Shown: piece after piece, positions 8,325 through 16,412 of the stretch
Layout: every line of letters begins with the position of its first letter
How positions within the stretch are numbered: the stretch's first letter is position 1
The notes under the pieces: generated by a model
Told to the model about the DNA's origin: nothing
The model's input: only the letters and a program-made list of their open reading frames with translations
Database searches by the model: none
Source of the DNA: a virus
Direction: 5' to 3' (one strand)
Virus record (IMG/VR): IMGVR_UViG_3300009514_001427
Length of the DNA: 28,737 nt
Translations under genes and position numbers: made by a program

Positions 8325-9338
8325 ATGAAAGTTACCTATGAGCTAACCATGAATGAAGATGCCGTAACGGTTATCTCGGCTAAATGCCAGTTGCCGTTGT
8401 ACGGTCGATGGACCGAATTGGTCGTCACGTCTTACGCTCTGCATGAGCGTGACTTCACAACGATGACCGCAGTGAATTTCGGTTTCCGAGCTATCCCGAA
8501 TTCGGAAGTTCGTGGTGACACGTTTGATGCCTCTCAGAATGGTATGCTCAATCTGTCGCGTGGCAAAGGGGCGATGCGACAGCAATTCCAGCAAGCCCTT
8601 CACGTACCGAACATCGTCGGTAATTTGCTCGACTACTCAGACCTGAATGACGGTGGAGTACCCGCTGGCAGGACCGTGACTGGTTCAATTTTGCGGCGAA
8701 TTGAATCCATCGTCGAAACGGCGCGTCAACGTATTCGGGACAATATGTCCACTGATCCCGAAGTACGCGCGATGACGTTGAATCTGATTGATGAGCGTTA
8801 CGGCGATGCAACCGCTAAGGCTATCACAGGTTTTCTTGGCCAGATAGACTGGAAATTGATGCTCGCTAAGTCGGGCTGCGATGATGACCAGTTGAATGTG
8901 GTCGAATTCGCTATGGGGCATAATCCCCCGCGTTTCCACAAGATTCACGATGAGCCAAGCGTTGACATTCCGCTGATCGCATCGGCTCCGCTGAATCGGT
9001 TTGATAGGGCGACGATAGCGAATATCAAAGCTACGGCATTACTCCGCAACGTCTGTGGTGAGAAGCTATTCAATGAGTTTGAATCGACGGGTCAGATAAC
9101 GGTCAATGAGCAAGGCTACGAATTCGTTATCAAACCGGGTGAATTCGTCGGGACTACTGATCCTAACGGCAAGACGGCTCGCCTCTGCATCCATACGATT
9201 GGGTTTCAATGCAACCCGATTGATGAGGTTGTGATAGCGTTTCTGCATATTCGCCACAAGCTCGCGGCGTATCTGCATGAAGCGATTGTCCATAGTCCGC
9301 AACAGGGATTTACGACAAAACTTGCAAAAGCCGCTTGA
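8325..9338 (+). CDS. hypothetical protein, 337 aa
   Basis: Leaderless ATG 6-7 nt after the -10. The stop TGA lies inside the next -35. Confidence 0.7.
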   Translation: MKVTYELTMNEDAVTVISAKCQLPLYGRWTELVVTSYALHERDFTTMTAVNFGFRAIPNSEVRGDTFDASQNGMLNLSRGKGAMRQQFQQALHVPNIVGNLLDYSDLNDGGVPAGRTVTGSILRRIESIVETARQRIRDNMSTDPEVRAMTLNLIDERYGDATAKAITGFLGQIDWKLMLAKSGCDDDQLNVVEFAMGHNPPRFHKIHDEPSVDIPLIASAPLNRFDRATIANIKATALLRNVCGEKLFNEFESTGQITVNEQGYEFVIKPGEFVGTTDPNGKTARLCIHTIGFQCNPIDEVVIAFLHIRHKLAAYLHEAIVHSPQQGFTTKLAKAA

Positions 9339-9362
9339 CATTTATTGTCGATGTGGTATACT
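9335..9362 (+). promoter_or_regulatory. sigma70 promoter P7
   Basis: TTGACA 9335-9340, TATACT 9357-9362. Confidence 0.7.
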
Positions 9363-9397
9363 TAGTGCATTGGAGGGGTGATGAATTGGAGATTGGT

Positions 9398-9601
9398 ATG
9401 GCTAACAGCGTTGATGACAATAGCCCTATGGTGAAGCTCGCCGAAGCGATCTTAGATGATCCGCACGGCATAAGCGAAGAAGCGCTGGAAGCTCTCAAGG
9501 CGGCTTTTGGTTCACGTCCCTGTCCACGATTCGAGAAGATGCTAGGAGCTATCGAGGGCACTGACGGTCGCGTCTACTTACCGGAGGATTGGGATGCCTG
9601 A
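9398..9601 (+). CDS. hypothetical protein, 67 aa
   Basis: GGAG at 9387-9390 precedes ATG 9398. The track ORF 9335.. begins inside the promoter. Confidence 0.5.
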   Translation: MANSVDDNSPMVKLAEAILDDPHGISEEALEALKAAFGSRPCPRFEKMLGAIEGTDGRVYLPEDWDA

Positions 9602-10166
9602 CAGATATAACGCTTCAATCCGAATCGGTGGTACGATTGACAGAACCACCGACAGTCAATGCGATCCCGAGATGAGCGCTTTGAATGTGATGCTCGCCAT
9701 GATAAACGGTGCCGATGTTTCTCACGAGTGGGGAGATGCGGTGGCTGTGATCTGCGAGGGCGAGGACGATGAGTTGTTGCAGTACACCAATGATAACGGC
9801 TTGCTCGAATTCAAAGGAGAATCCGTAATCAATGGTGAGTTCGACGAGCTAGAAACATTTCTCCGCGAGCATGACATTCCGTACAACAGAAGCACCTGCG
9901 CGTATGGAGGGTATCTGGGCGAGGATGTCTACTGGATGCCTGGGATGGAGCAACCCCTGGTTATCCTGGGCGACGATCATGGGACGGATTACGTATCTAG
10001 AGAGGACATAAGCATCCTGTTGCATACGCTCAAGGAGGGGCGAGATGCGGATACGTTTGTGGACATGGCGCGTGAGTTGGTGCATACCGCTATCGAGAAG
10101 CTCGAAGAAGTTTGTCCTGATCCTCCCGACATTCCACCGTTCAAGATTGTCGGGGAAAAGCCTTGA
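9594..10166 (+). CDS. hypothetical protein, 190 aa
   Basis: GGAGG at 9581-9585; ATGccTGA overlap; stop inside the next -35. Confidence 0.65.
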   Translation: MPDRYNASIRIGGTIDRTTDSQCDPEMSALNVMLAMINGADVSHEWGDAVAVICEGEDDELLQYTNDNGLLEFKGESVINGEFDELETFLREHDIPYNRSTCAYGGYLGEDVYWMPGMEQPLVILGDDHGTDYVSREDISILLHTLKEGRDADTFVDMARELVHTAIEKLEEVCPDPPDIPPFKIVGEKP

Positions 10167-10190
10167 CATTTATTCCTCATGTGGTATACT
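10163..10190 (+). promoter_or_regulatory. sigma70 promoter P8, leaderless
   Basis: TTGACA 10163-10168, TATACT 10185-10190, ATG at 10197. Confidence 0.7.
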
Positions 10191-10196
10191 TAGGAC

Positions 10197-10478
10197 ATGG
10201 CAAAGGAAAAGATAGTTTGCAAGGAATGTGGCAGCGAGGAAGTACGCCGAGATGCTTTCGCTTCATGGGATGTGGACAAACAAGAGTGGGTTCTTCACGC
10301 CATATACGATCACTTCGTCTGCGACAGTGACGAGTGTAACGGAGAGCCTTGTGACATAAAGACAATCGAGGGCAAGGCGGGAGATTCGTCGAGCAACGAT
10401 CCGTTTGTGGCGAGCGGTAGCTCCGAGTCTCCCGCCTTGGAGCAGTTAGCTCCATTGGTCGGAGTGGGAAAGAATTAA
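10197..10478 (+). CDS. zinc-ribbon protein (CKECG…CDSDEC), 93 aa
   Basis: Leaderless ATG. Confidence 0.6.
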   Translation: MAKEKIVCKECGSEEVRRDAFASWDVDKQEWVLHAIYDHFVCDSDECNGEPCDIKTIEGKAGDSSSNDPFVASGSSESPALEQLAPLVGVGKN

Positions 10479-10493
10479 ACGCGACAAATTGGC

Positions 10494-10522
10494 TTGACTT
10501 TTACTCGCGTGTAAAGTATATT
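10494..10522 (+). promoter_or_regulatory. sigma70 promoter P9 (TTGACT-17-TATATT), drives a non-coding transcript
   Basis: TTGACT 10494-10499, TATATT 10517-10522. Confidence 0.5.
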
Positions 10523-10639
10523 CTCAGTGTGGGACGCTTCTCTTTCTTCACTGTGACATGATCGCACGCATGTCACAGCCCGTAAGGCGCGAGAGCGGGT
10601 CAACGGAACTGTTTGGGAGGTTCTTCATCCTGCACTGAT

Positions 10640-10651
10640 CTGAAATAAGCC
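10640..10651 (+). repeat. CTGAAATAAGCC motif, copy 1 of 8
   Basis: Exact 12-mer. Confidence 0.6.
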
Positions 10652-10720
10652 CAGACTACCTGCGAAAGTGGGCTCCAGTCTCTCCGATCCAAGAGATGCC
10701 ATAATCCGCGTCGGATCAAA

Positions 10721-10758
10721 ATGCCGTCCGTACGGGCAAATACGGGCGGCATTTTTTC
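10721..10758 (+). terminator. rho-independent terminator
   Basis: atgccg-t-ccgta / tacgg-g-cggcat gives a 12-bp stem with one U-G pair and loop cgggcaaa, followed by T6. Confidence 0.75.
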
Positions 10759-10770
10759 TTGGCCTTTTAC

Positions 10771-10798
10771 TTGACATTTCGTTGGGCCGTGGTATACT
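10771..10798 (+). promoter_or_regulatory. sigma70 promoter P10 (class II)
   Basis: TTGACA 10771-10776, TATACT 10793-10798. Confidence 0.7.
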
Positions 10799-10836
10799 CT
10801 AGACAGTTGGAGGAAACTCGAACCAACAGGAGACAA

Positions 10837-11853
10837 ATGATGGTAGCAGCAGTCAGTACACGACATAATGCCTTGGACAGCTTTGGGTCAACTGTCCGCA
10901 ACAAGAAAGACCCGTATGAAGCCATGAGGAAGGCTAAGGGGCTGTTTGGACTCAAGAAGATGTCCCTTGCTGAATTCTCTGGTACGCCTGCCAACCCCGA
11001 CTTACACGTCGTGGTCCGTACCGATACGGGTGAGGCTATCGGTCAAGTCGGCAACAACTACGAGGTTTTCCCGAACGAGTCATTCTTCGGACCAACAGCA
11101 GAAGCGCTGGTTGAAGCGGGAGCCGAGATCACTAAGTTCCAAATGCTGGATCGTGGGACGCGGTCTTTCATGCGTCTTGCCTGGCCAGACGATGCCAACC
11201 TGCGCATCGGCAAGCCCAAAGTCGGCGACATTGTGGGTCGTCGCGCAACACTCTCCACATCACATGACGGCAAGTACGCAGGCAAGTTCACGCTCATGAT
11301 GCTTCGCCTTGCCTGTGAGAATGGGATGACCGTCCCAGTCGGCAGCTTCGACATGAATATGTTTCATACCGTGGGCGGCAAGCAGCAGCTTGTTGAGTTG
11401 AGCAACATGATCCCCACCGTTGAGACATACGTCCGTCAGTTTCAGGTTGCCGCAGACATGATGGCGGAAGTCCCTGTGAAGGCTGGCAGTGACTTGGCGA
11501 TGAAAATCATCGGCAAGGTTGCTGACCCCAAGGGTGGAGCCAAGGATACTTCGGGTGGAACCCCGAATCTCGCCAAGTCTCGCGTCATGCGCATTGCTGA
11601 GCTTTTCGAGGGAGAGCAACCGCAGGCAGACAATGTGGCGATCAAGGATACTGGCTGGGGTCTTTATAATGCTTGCGTGGACTTTTTCACGCATGACAAG
11701 GGGACTCGTGGACAGAACGAATCGGAGCGGTTGGAGCAGCGTTTTAAGAGCTTGCTTCCGGGTGGACCTGCCCAGCGAGAGATCGTACGGGCATGGGGCG
11801 TCGTGACAGATGGATTGGGGGTCAGTAACGCAATTGCCGCAGCAGTAAACTAA
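10837..11853 (+). CDS. hypothetical protein ~338 aa; resembles the DUF932/TIGR03299 phage/plasmid-related family (from memory; motif STSHDGKYAG)
   Basis: AGGAG at 10828-10832 with tandem ATGs at 10837 and 10840. The track ORF begins upstream inside the promoter. Confidence 0.7.
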   Translation: MMVAAVSTRHNALDSFGSTVRNKKDPYEAMRKAKGLFGLKKMSLAEFSGTPANPDLHVVVRTDTGEAIGQVGNNYEVFPNESFFGPTAEALVEAGAEITKFQMLDRGTRSFMRLAWPDDANLRIGKPKVGDIVGRRATLSTSHDGKYAGKFTLMMLRLACENGMTVPVGSFDMNMFHTVGGKQQLVELSNMIPTVETYVRQFQVAADMMAEVPVKAGSDLAMKIIGKVADPKGGAKDTSGGTPNLAKSRVMRIAELFEGEQPQADNVAIKDTGWGLYNACVDFFTHDKGTRGQNESERLEQRFKSLLPGGPAQREIVRAWGVVTDGLGVSNAIAAAVN

Positions 11854-11878
11854 AGCGGCGACAGCGTTACGACCAAGG

Positions 11879-11912
11879 GGACCGGCTCCGGAGGGGGAGT
11901 CGGTCCTTTCTT
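11879..11912 (+). terminator. rho-independent terminator
   Basis: 11-bp stem ggaccggctcc/ggagtcggtcc with one G-U pair and loop ggaggg, followed by TTTCTT. Confidence 0.6.
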
Positions 11913-11921
11913 GGTTCAGGA

Positions 11922-11933
11922 CTGAAATAACTC
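11922..11933 (+). repeat. CTGAAATAAcTC motif variant, copy 2
   Basis: 9/12 core CTGAAATAA. Sits directly after the terminator at 11879-11912. Confidence 0.4.
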
Positions 11934-11965
11934 GCGGATAATTGAATGCTGGCCAAAGATTCTGC

Positions 11966-11993
11966 TTGACATTTATTGCTCATGTGGTATACT
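11966..11993 (+). promoter_or_regulatory. sigma70 promoter P11, leaderless
   Basis: TTGACA 11966-11971, TATACT 11988-11993, ATG at 12000 (+7). Confidence 0.7.
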
Positions 11994-11999
11994 ATAGAC

Positions 12000-12155
12000 A
12001 TGAGAGAGCAAACCACCCCAATCTTATGGGAACGACTCAAGACCTTGCGAGAGAAACTTGCTCGCTTGGTCAGAGCAGGTAAACGTGGCAAGCTCAGAGA
12101 CTGGCGTGAATACAATCTCGTAGCCCGCGTCATTATGCGACGGAGAAAAGCCTAA
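12000..12155 (+). CDS. small basic protein, 51 aa (MREQTTPILWERLKTLREKLARLVRAGKRGKLRDWREYNLVARVIMRRRKA)
   Basis: Leaderless ATG at +7 from the -10. The stop TAA overlaps the next ATG (taATG). It falls below the track's length cutoff. Confidence 0.45.
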   Translation: MREQTTPILWERLKTLREKLARLVRAGKRGKLRDWREYNLVARVIMRRRKA

Positions 12156-12460
12156 TGCCTAAACCAGAATTCAAAACCGAGTGGGAAAGCGATACATACG
12201 ACAAGGCACACGAAGCCATGTCTGCACTGCTCAACCTTGCCAACGGCATGGGCAGTAGCAAGGCAGTGGTAGCAGGTATGCTCGATGGATTCCTCAGCGA
12301 GCACCGTACACTGCAACAGGCAGGAGTACGCAACTTCGTGGGTATGCTTAAGGAGTGGACGAAGTTTAGCGAGCCTGCTATGACAGACCTGCGTAACCAG
12401 GATGCGTGGAAATTCGCAAAGCAGGTTGTCGAGCTTGACCCAATGTTTGCGAATGTTTAG
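12155..12460 (+). CDS. hypothetical protein, 101 aa
   Basis: GGAG at 12142-12145; taATG coupling. Confidence 0.6.
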   Translation: MPKPEFKTEWESDTYDKAHEAMSALLNLANGMGSSKAVVAGMLDGFLSEHRTLQQAGVRNFVGMLKEWTKFSEPAMTDLRNQDAWKFAKQVVELDPMFANV

Positions 12461-12471
12461 TCCATTTCTTC

Positions 12472-12499
12472 TTGACATTTCTTGTGGCCGTGGTATACT
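12472..12499 (+). promoter_or_regulatory. sigma70 promoter P12 (class II, with upstream TTTCTTC), leaderless
   Basis: TTGACA 12472-12477, TATACT 12494-12499, ATG 12506. Confidence 0.7.
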
Positions 12500-12505
12500 A
12501 TAGAC

Positions 12506-12823
12506 ATGAACGACAACAAGACAATCGACGAAGCGGCTCAGGCAATCGACGATCACCAGTCGATGGTCGAATCCCGCACCGATAGGGAAATCTTCGCGGA
12601 GATGAATGAGATGGACCAGCCCAAAGTAACGGACTTCACCACAACCGTACCAGCAGAAAAGAGCGGCTTCGATGTCCGCGTGAAACTGGATAGCCGATGG
12701 GTCACAGTCGGCAATCATCCTACCCGCGAAGATGCAGAGCGAGCGGAATTGGCTCTTAGCCAAGTGATGATCGAATACAGGACCAAGCGCAACGCATGGG
12801 AGAACAGCCATGCCAACAGTTAG
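12506..12823 (+). CDS. hypothetical protein, 105 aa
   Basis: Leaderless ATG; in frame with track ORF 12482..12823. Confidence 0.6.
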   Translation: MNDNKTIDEAAQAIDDHQSMVESRTDREIFAEMNEMDQPKVTDFTTTVPAEKSGFDVRVKLDSRWVTVGNHPTREDAERAELALSQVMIEYRTKRNAWENSHANS

Positions 12824-12829
12824 AGCGAC

Positions 12830-12857
12830 TTGACATTTCCGCTCTATGAGGTATACT
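12830..12857 (+). promoter_or_regulatory. sigma70 promoter P13, leaderless
   Basis: TTGACA 12830-12835, TATACT 12852-12857, ATG 12864 (+7). Confidence 0.7.
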
Positions 12858-12863
12858 AAAACT

Positions 12864-13088
12864 ATGGGACTAACAGTTGACAAGAAAGACTCGCCTCAAG
12901 CTGAGCGAATCATTAACGCGGGCAAAGAAATAACCAAACTGGTCCGCGAAACGGTCTATGCTGACCGACATTCAAGAAACTGTGCTACCGGGGCGCATCC
13001 CAATCGCTGGACGGATGCAGCGAGGAAACGGGATGACGCCGTGAAGTTTTTGAAGGAGCGACTGCAACAAATAGCAGAAGAAATCTGA
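12864..13088 (+). CDS. hypothetical protein, 74 aa
   Basis: Leaderless ATG in frame in ORF 12846..13088. Confidence 0.55.
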   Translation: MGLTVDKKDSPQAERIINAGKEITKLVRETVYADRHSRNCATGAHPNRWTDAARKRDDAVKFLKERLQQIAEEI

Positions 13089-13097
13089 ACAAACTGC

Positions 13098-13125
13098 TTG
13101 ACATTTATCCCTGATGTGGTATACT
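13098..13125 (+). promoter_or_regulatory. sigma70 promoter P14
   Basis: TTGACA 13098-13103, TATACT 13120-13125. Followed by the conserved leader ggtaacgacggcaagttacttgAAGGGAGCTAAAAATG. Confidence 0.7.
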
Positions 13126-13163
13126 TTGGGTAACGACGGCAAGTTACTTGAAGGGAGCTAAAA

Positions 13164-13625
13164 ATGCCACAAATCAGACGAGATGAAATGGTCGTGGGAA
13201 TGCAGGCGGTTAAAACCGTCCAGTCCGCAACTTGGAGACGCCGTGGCGATAAGGTCGTCAACCGTTGCGTCAACTGTGAGTCTGAGACAGCCACCCATGA
13301 GGGCGAGCGATTCTGCAACCACTGCAACTGCTTTGTCCCAACGTACAAGAGTACGGAAGCTGCCGAGGGCGATCTTGTCACGATGCAGTTTATTCCCCGT
13401 ATCAATCCCAACGGGACCAAAAACTGGACCCCCGCTGGCGGTGAATGCTTCGGCGTAGCAACCAGAGCAGAGGCAGACGCGATCAAGCGTAAGCATGGTC
13501 TGGTTGGCGTCCTCAAGATGTCCGAGACTGCCACTGGCGACATGCGGGCTTTGCCACGAGTTATCCCGGTGGATGATGTGGTGACATGGAAAGCCGAGGG
13601 AGTAGAATACGAAGTAGTCGATTGA
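13164..13625 (+). CDS. zinc-ribbon protein (CVNCESETATHEGERFCNHCNC), 153 aa; paralog of the gene at 22006..22506
   Basis: AAGGGAG at 13151-13157. The two paralogs share MQAVKTVQS.TWRRR.DK.V.RCV.CE.ETATH.G.RFCN.C, MQFIPKINP.GTKNWTPAGG and a …EGVEY.VVD C-terminus. Confidence 0.7.
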   Translation: MPQIRRDEMVVGMQAVKTVQSATWRRRGDKVVNRCVNCESETATHEGERFCNHCNCFVPTYKSTEAAEGDLVTMQFIPRINPNGTKNWTPAGGECFGVATRAEADAIKRKHGLVGVLKMSETATGDMRALPRVIPVDDVVTWKAEGVEYEVVD

Positions 13626-13716
13626 AACTATGGGAGCGTAGGAGAAGCAGGGTAGGCGTACGCAACGCCCTGTGGCGACCGATATGTGATATACGGCACT
13701 GTTGGCAGGACGCTGC

Positions 13717-13728
13717 CAGAAATAAGCA
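13717..13728 (+). repeat. CAGAAATAAGCA motif variant, copy 3
   Basis: 10/12 match. Confidence 0.45.
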
Positions 13729-13931
13729 GTGCAATGTGGGGTTGGCACCCACCGCTCCCAGCCAGAACGCGTCAGAGTTGGCACGGTTCTAGAACGTGTA
13801 ACCGAAGGCATTCGGTGATGGGCATTGCGTAGGATAGGTGGGAGGCGCTGATACCTGCATTCCGGTGTAGATGAGCCATCCTTGAAATACCACCCTTTGC
13901 CCGGCAACTCTTATTTTTGTTCATTTTCTTC

Positions 13932-13959
13932 TTGACATTTCTCCTGGCCGTGGTATACT
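13932..13959 (+). promoter_or_regulatory. sigma70 promoter P15 (class II: gttcattttcttcTTGACATTTCTCCTGGCCGTGGTATACT)
   Basis: TTGACA 13932-13937, TATACT 13954-13959. Confidence 0.7.
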
Positions 13960-13977
13960 ATAGGCAGAAGGGAGACA

Positions 13978-14280
13978 ATGATGAGCCACAAAGTTACATG
14001 CGAAGATTGCGGACAAGAGGTTAGCCACGCCAGTTGTCGCACTGTTGGAGCGACGAAGAAATGGCTCTGTGGCGTCTGTGATGAATCATGCGAGCCTTGT
14101 CGTGGCTGCGACTCACACGATGTGGTATACTCCGATCATGGCGTCGATCTTTGCCAGTCCTGCAAGGATAACGCAACGCCAGAGCAAAAAGCGGACTTGT
14201 ACGAGCGTGACTATATGGACGCGCTGGAAAGTGGGCATCCAATGGCAGACCGCATGCCCATGCCTTCTAACTGGAGATAA
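13978..14280 (+). CDS. Cys-rich, probably zinc-binding, protein, 100 aa (many CxxC)
   Basis: AGGGAG at 13968-13973 with tandem ATGs at 13978 and 13981. Confidence 0.6.
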   Translation: MMSHKVTCEDCGQEVSHASCRTVGATKKWLCGVCDESCEPCRGCDSHDVVYSDHGVDLCQSCKDNATPEQKADLYERDYMDALESGHPMADRMPMPSNWR

Positions 14281-14284
14281 CAAA

Positions 14285-14464
14285 ATGCTAGAACGAGTTG
14301 CCAACCTGTTAAGCGGAGTTACACTAGAAGAAGACCCTGAAGGTCTGCTATTGCTCAACCTTGTTGTTCAGATGCAAGAGCATCCAGAAATCGACTGGAC
14401 CATCGACAAAATCAACACCGTCGTTACTGAGTTTCAAGGGTCGCTTGACGAGATGGAGGAGTAA
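14285..14464 (+). CDS. hypothetical protein, 59 aa
   Basis: GGAG at 14273-14276 precedes ATG 14285, in frame in ORF 14045..14464. Confidence 0.45.
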   Translation: MLERVANLLSGVTLEEDPEGLLLLNLVVQMQEHPEIDWTIDKINTVVTEFQGSLDEMEE

Positions 14465-14670
14465 TGTTTCCTGTCAACGGCAAGTGGTTTCTTGAGTCTA
14501 CCCATGAACCCAACAGGGAGATATTCCTAGTCAACCAAGGCGCTACCTGGCGTACTTTCACCCAGTATGGAGATGCTGAAGCGTTCGCTAAAAGGATGGA
14601 TCAGACGCTCAATGACGTCACTATCTTGACAGTGAAACCCGTCCTGCATTTACCGCAAAAAAGCACTTGA
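14464..14670 (+). CDS. hypothetical protein, 68 aa
   Basis: taATG coupling with GGAGG upstream. Confidence 0.5.
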   Translation: MFPVNGKWFLESTHEPNREIFLVNQGATWRTFTQYGDAEAFAKRMDQTLNDVTILTVKPVLHLPQKST

Positions 14671-14694
14671 CATTTCTCCTGGCCGTGGTATACT
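14667..14694 (+). promoter_or_regulatory. sigma70 promoter P16 (class II)
   Basis: TTGACA 14667-14672, TATACT 14689-14694. Confidence 0.7.
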
Positions 14695-14715
14695 GTAGGT
14701 AGAAAGGACGAAACG

Positions 14716-14880
14716 ATGATCAAAGACGTATCCACTCACAATGTCCTCATTCTCTATGTTTGCCCTGACTGTGGCAACGACGCGGACCAGTGGCTCTGCG
14801 ACATTGTCCACAATGGGACGCTGACTTGCGAATGTGGCGTGGACATGGAACTTAAACCTGATTGCCAAGTAAGGGAGTAG
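14716..14880 (+). CDS. small zinc-ribbon protein, 54 aa (CPDCG…CECG)
   Basis: AAAGGA at 14703-14708 precedes ATG 14716, with stop TAG at 14878-14880. It falls below the track's length cutoff. Confidence 0.45.
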   Translation: MIKDVSTHNVLILYVCPDCGNDADQWLCDIVHNGTLTCECGVDMELKPDCQVRE

Positions 14881-14882
14881 TT

Positions 14883-15149
14883 ATGCCTTGCATGTGCGGA
14901 GATACTTACTGTTACTCATGTGGTCCAGCCCAAGGAAACCACCGCTGCGAAATCTGCGGGAAATGGGATGAGGACGGCGGCTGCACGACACCTGACGAAT
15001 GTACTGCCAAGGCTAACGAAATGTATGCCGAGATGCAGGCAGAGCAACAGCGCTTCGATGAGGAAGCAGATGAACATGGGGAATTAGTCGGCAAAGCCCA
15101 CCCGGCTCAAACTCAAGAGATGTGGGAAGAAATAGGCAGAGGTTCATAA
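14883..15149 (+). CDS. Cys-rich protein, 88 aa (CMCGDTYCYSCG…CEICG)
   Basis: AAGGGAG precedes ATG 14883, in frame in ORF 14862..15149. Confidence 0.55.
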   Translation: MPCMCGDTYCYSCGPAQGNHRCEICGKWDEDGGCTTPDECTAKANEMYAEMQAEQQRFDEEADEHGELVGKAHPAQTQEMWEEIGRGS

Positions 15150-15156
15150 AAAGGAC

Positions 15157-15185
15157 TTGACATTTCCCCCGACGTATGGTATAAT
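15157..15185 (+). promoter_or_regulatory. sigma70 promoter P17, perfect consensus TTGACA-17-TGgTATAAT, leaderless
   Basis: TTGACA 15157-15162, TATAAT 15180-15185, ATG 15192 (+7). Confidence 0.7.
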
Positions 15186-15191
15186 AGAACC

Positions 15192-15347
15192 ATGAAGCAG
15201 GATAAGAGACAACTCATCGGTCGCGACCCAACCAAGGGATTGCTGGCCTTCAAAACAGGTTCGCAGCTAAACCGCAAGGATCGACTGCGCAACCGCAACT
15301 CCAAGGTCGCTCGCGCCACCCTTCGACGCCAGCTTAATGGCGACTGA
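15192..15347 (+). CDS. small basic protein, 51 aa (MKQDKRQLIGRDPTKGLLAFKTGSQLNRKDRLRNRNSKVARATLRRQLNGD)
   Basis: Leaderless ATG. It falls below the track's length cutoff. Confidence 0.4.
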   Translation: MKQDKRQLIGRDPTKGLLAFKTGSQLNRKDRLRNRNSKVARATLRRQLNGD

Positions 15348-15367
15348 TTTTTTCGGACCTCCCAGAT

Positions 15368-15379
15368 CTGAAATAAGCC
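15368..15379 (+). repeat. CTGAAATAAGCC motif, copy 4
   Basis: Exact 12-mer, 20 nt after a gene stop. Confidence 0.6.
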
Positions 15380-15515
15380 TCCACTTTTAGCTAAGGTCAT
15401 TCTTGCGCCTGTCCGACAGACGGGCATGAGAATATACAACGATCCATTCGAGCAATTGCTGGCCGACGTAGTTAAGGAATGCGCGGAAGAATTGAACAAA
15501 ATCCAGCCGCAAGAC

Positions 15516-15543
15516 TTGACATTTATTCCCAATGTGGTATACT
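15516..15543 (+). promoter_or_regulatory. sigma70 promoter P18
   Basis: TTGACA 15516-15521, TATACT 15538-15543. Leader is …gacggataaggatactcacAAGGGAGCAAACAATG. Confidence 0.7.
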
Positions 15544-15582
15544 TAAATCAGACGGATAAGGATACTCACAAGGGAGCAAACA

Positions 15583-16194
15583 ATGCTGGCAAAAACAATC
15601 ACTTTCGCAGACGGACGCAAACTGGAGATTCATAGGGACGAACATCCAGAATCCCCGCGTGAATGGGACAACAACGGTATCATGGTCTGTTTCGCACGTC
15701 GCTACAATCTCGGCGACAAGCATGACCACAAGACGCCAGACGACTTCCGTGAATGGCTGAAAGAGCAAGACGTTATCGCTCAACTGCCGTTGTACTTGTA
15801 CGATCATTCCGGTATCACCATGAGCACCGGACCTTTCTCTTGTCCGTGGGATTCAGGTCAAGTCGGTTGGATCGTCGCTACCCGCGAATCGCTCGAATCT
15901 GGTGGACACGACGTAGACAAGCTGGACGTAGCCAAGGTCGAAACGTGGCTCCGTGGCGAAGTAGAGACTTACGATCAATTCCTTCGCGGGGACATTTACG
16001 GATTCATCCTTCGCAAGCCAATTGATCCACCTTGCGAGACTTGTGGACGGGAAGACGATGAAGGCGAAGAAGAATCATCGTGTTGGGGATTCTACGGCGA
16101 CAATCCGCTTGAGAATGGAATGGCGGATAGCTTCACCGACGAACAGCGTGCAGAATTGAAAGCTGGTACTTGCAAAGAAGTTTGCGCATATTAG
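15583..16194 (+). CDS. hypothetical protein, 203 aa
   Basis: AAGGGAG at 15570-15576. The stop TAG abuts the next -35. Confidence 0.7.
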   Translation: MLAKTITFADGRKLEIHRDEHPESPREWDNNGIMVCFARRYNLGDKHDHKTPDDFREWLKEQDVIAQLPLYLYDHSGITMSTGPFSCPWDSGQVGWIVATRESLESGGHDVDKLDVAKVETWLRGEVETYDQFLRGDIYGFILRKPIDPPCETCGREDDEGEEESSCWGFYGDNPLENGMADSFTDEQRAELKAGTCKEVCAY

Positions 16195-16197
16195 CCC

Positions 16198-16225
16198 TTG
16201 ACATTTTGGGCGTATGTGGTATACT
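16198..16225 (+). promoter_or_regulatory. sigma70 promoter P19, drives a non-coding transcript
   Basis: TTGACA 16198-16203, TATACT 16220-16225. Confidence 0.65.
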
Positions 16226-16412
16226 TCAAGAGAATGAGAGACGGCAATAGGGACAACAAGGTACAGGAGATGAAACCATGAAGTCGTAAACGAACCCCGT
16301 CAAGCAACTGATAATGAGATGAATGAGACAAAACCCAAAGGGCAACCCAGACGCGACCCAATAGTAACGTGATAAAGATCGCACGACTGGATAGCCCTTT
16401 CGGGGCACCGCA

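Larger units (their letters stand above)
10529..10758 (+). ncRNA. candidate ~200-nt non-coding RNA (P9 to a strong terminator)
   Basis: No ORF of 30 aa or more and no RBS. It contains a perfect 10-bp inverted repeat ctgtgacatg-N8-catgtcacag at 10551-10578, one copy of the CTGAAATAAGCC motif at 10640-10651, a possible pseudoknot (gccca…tgggc / agact…agtct) and a small atccg-cgt-cggat hairpin. It ends in the terminator at 10721-10758. Confidence 0.45.

Noticed and set aside
10551-10578. TGTGA…TCACA palindrome as a CRP-type site
   Set aside because: The half-sites match CRP, but the spacing is 16 rather than 6. An RNA hairpin or an unrelated operator is more likely.
13158-13907. 249-aa ORF on the minus strand
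   Set aside because: Antisense to the zinc-ribbon gene and the structured spacer. Every other gene in this 23-kb block is on the + strand and is driven by family promoters.
15426-15635. 69-aa + strand ORF (MRIYNDPFEQLLADVVKECAEEL…)
   Set aside because: The first ~30 residues look protein-like, but the ORF runs straight through promoter P18 and into the next gene. It has only a weak RBS, so it is left as unresolved and not called.
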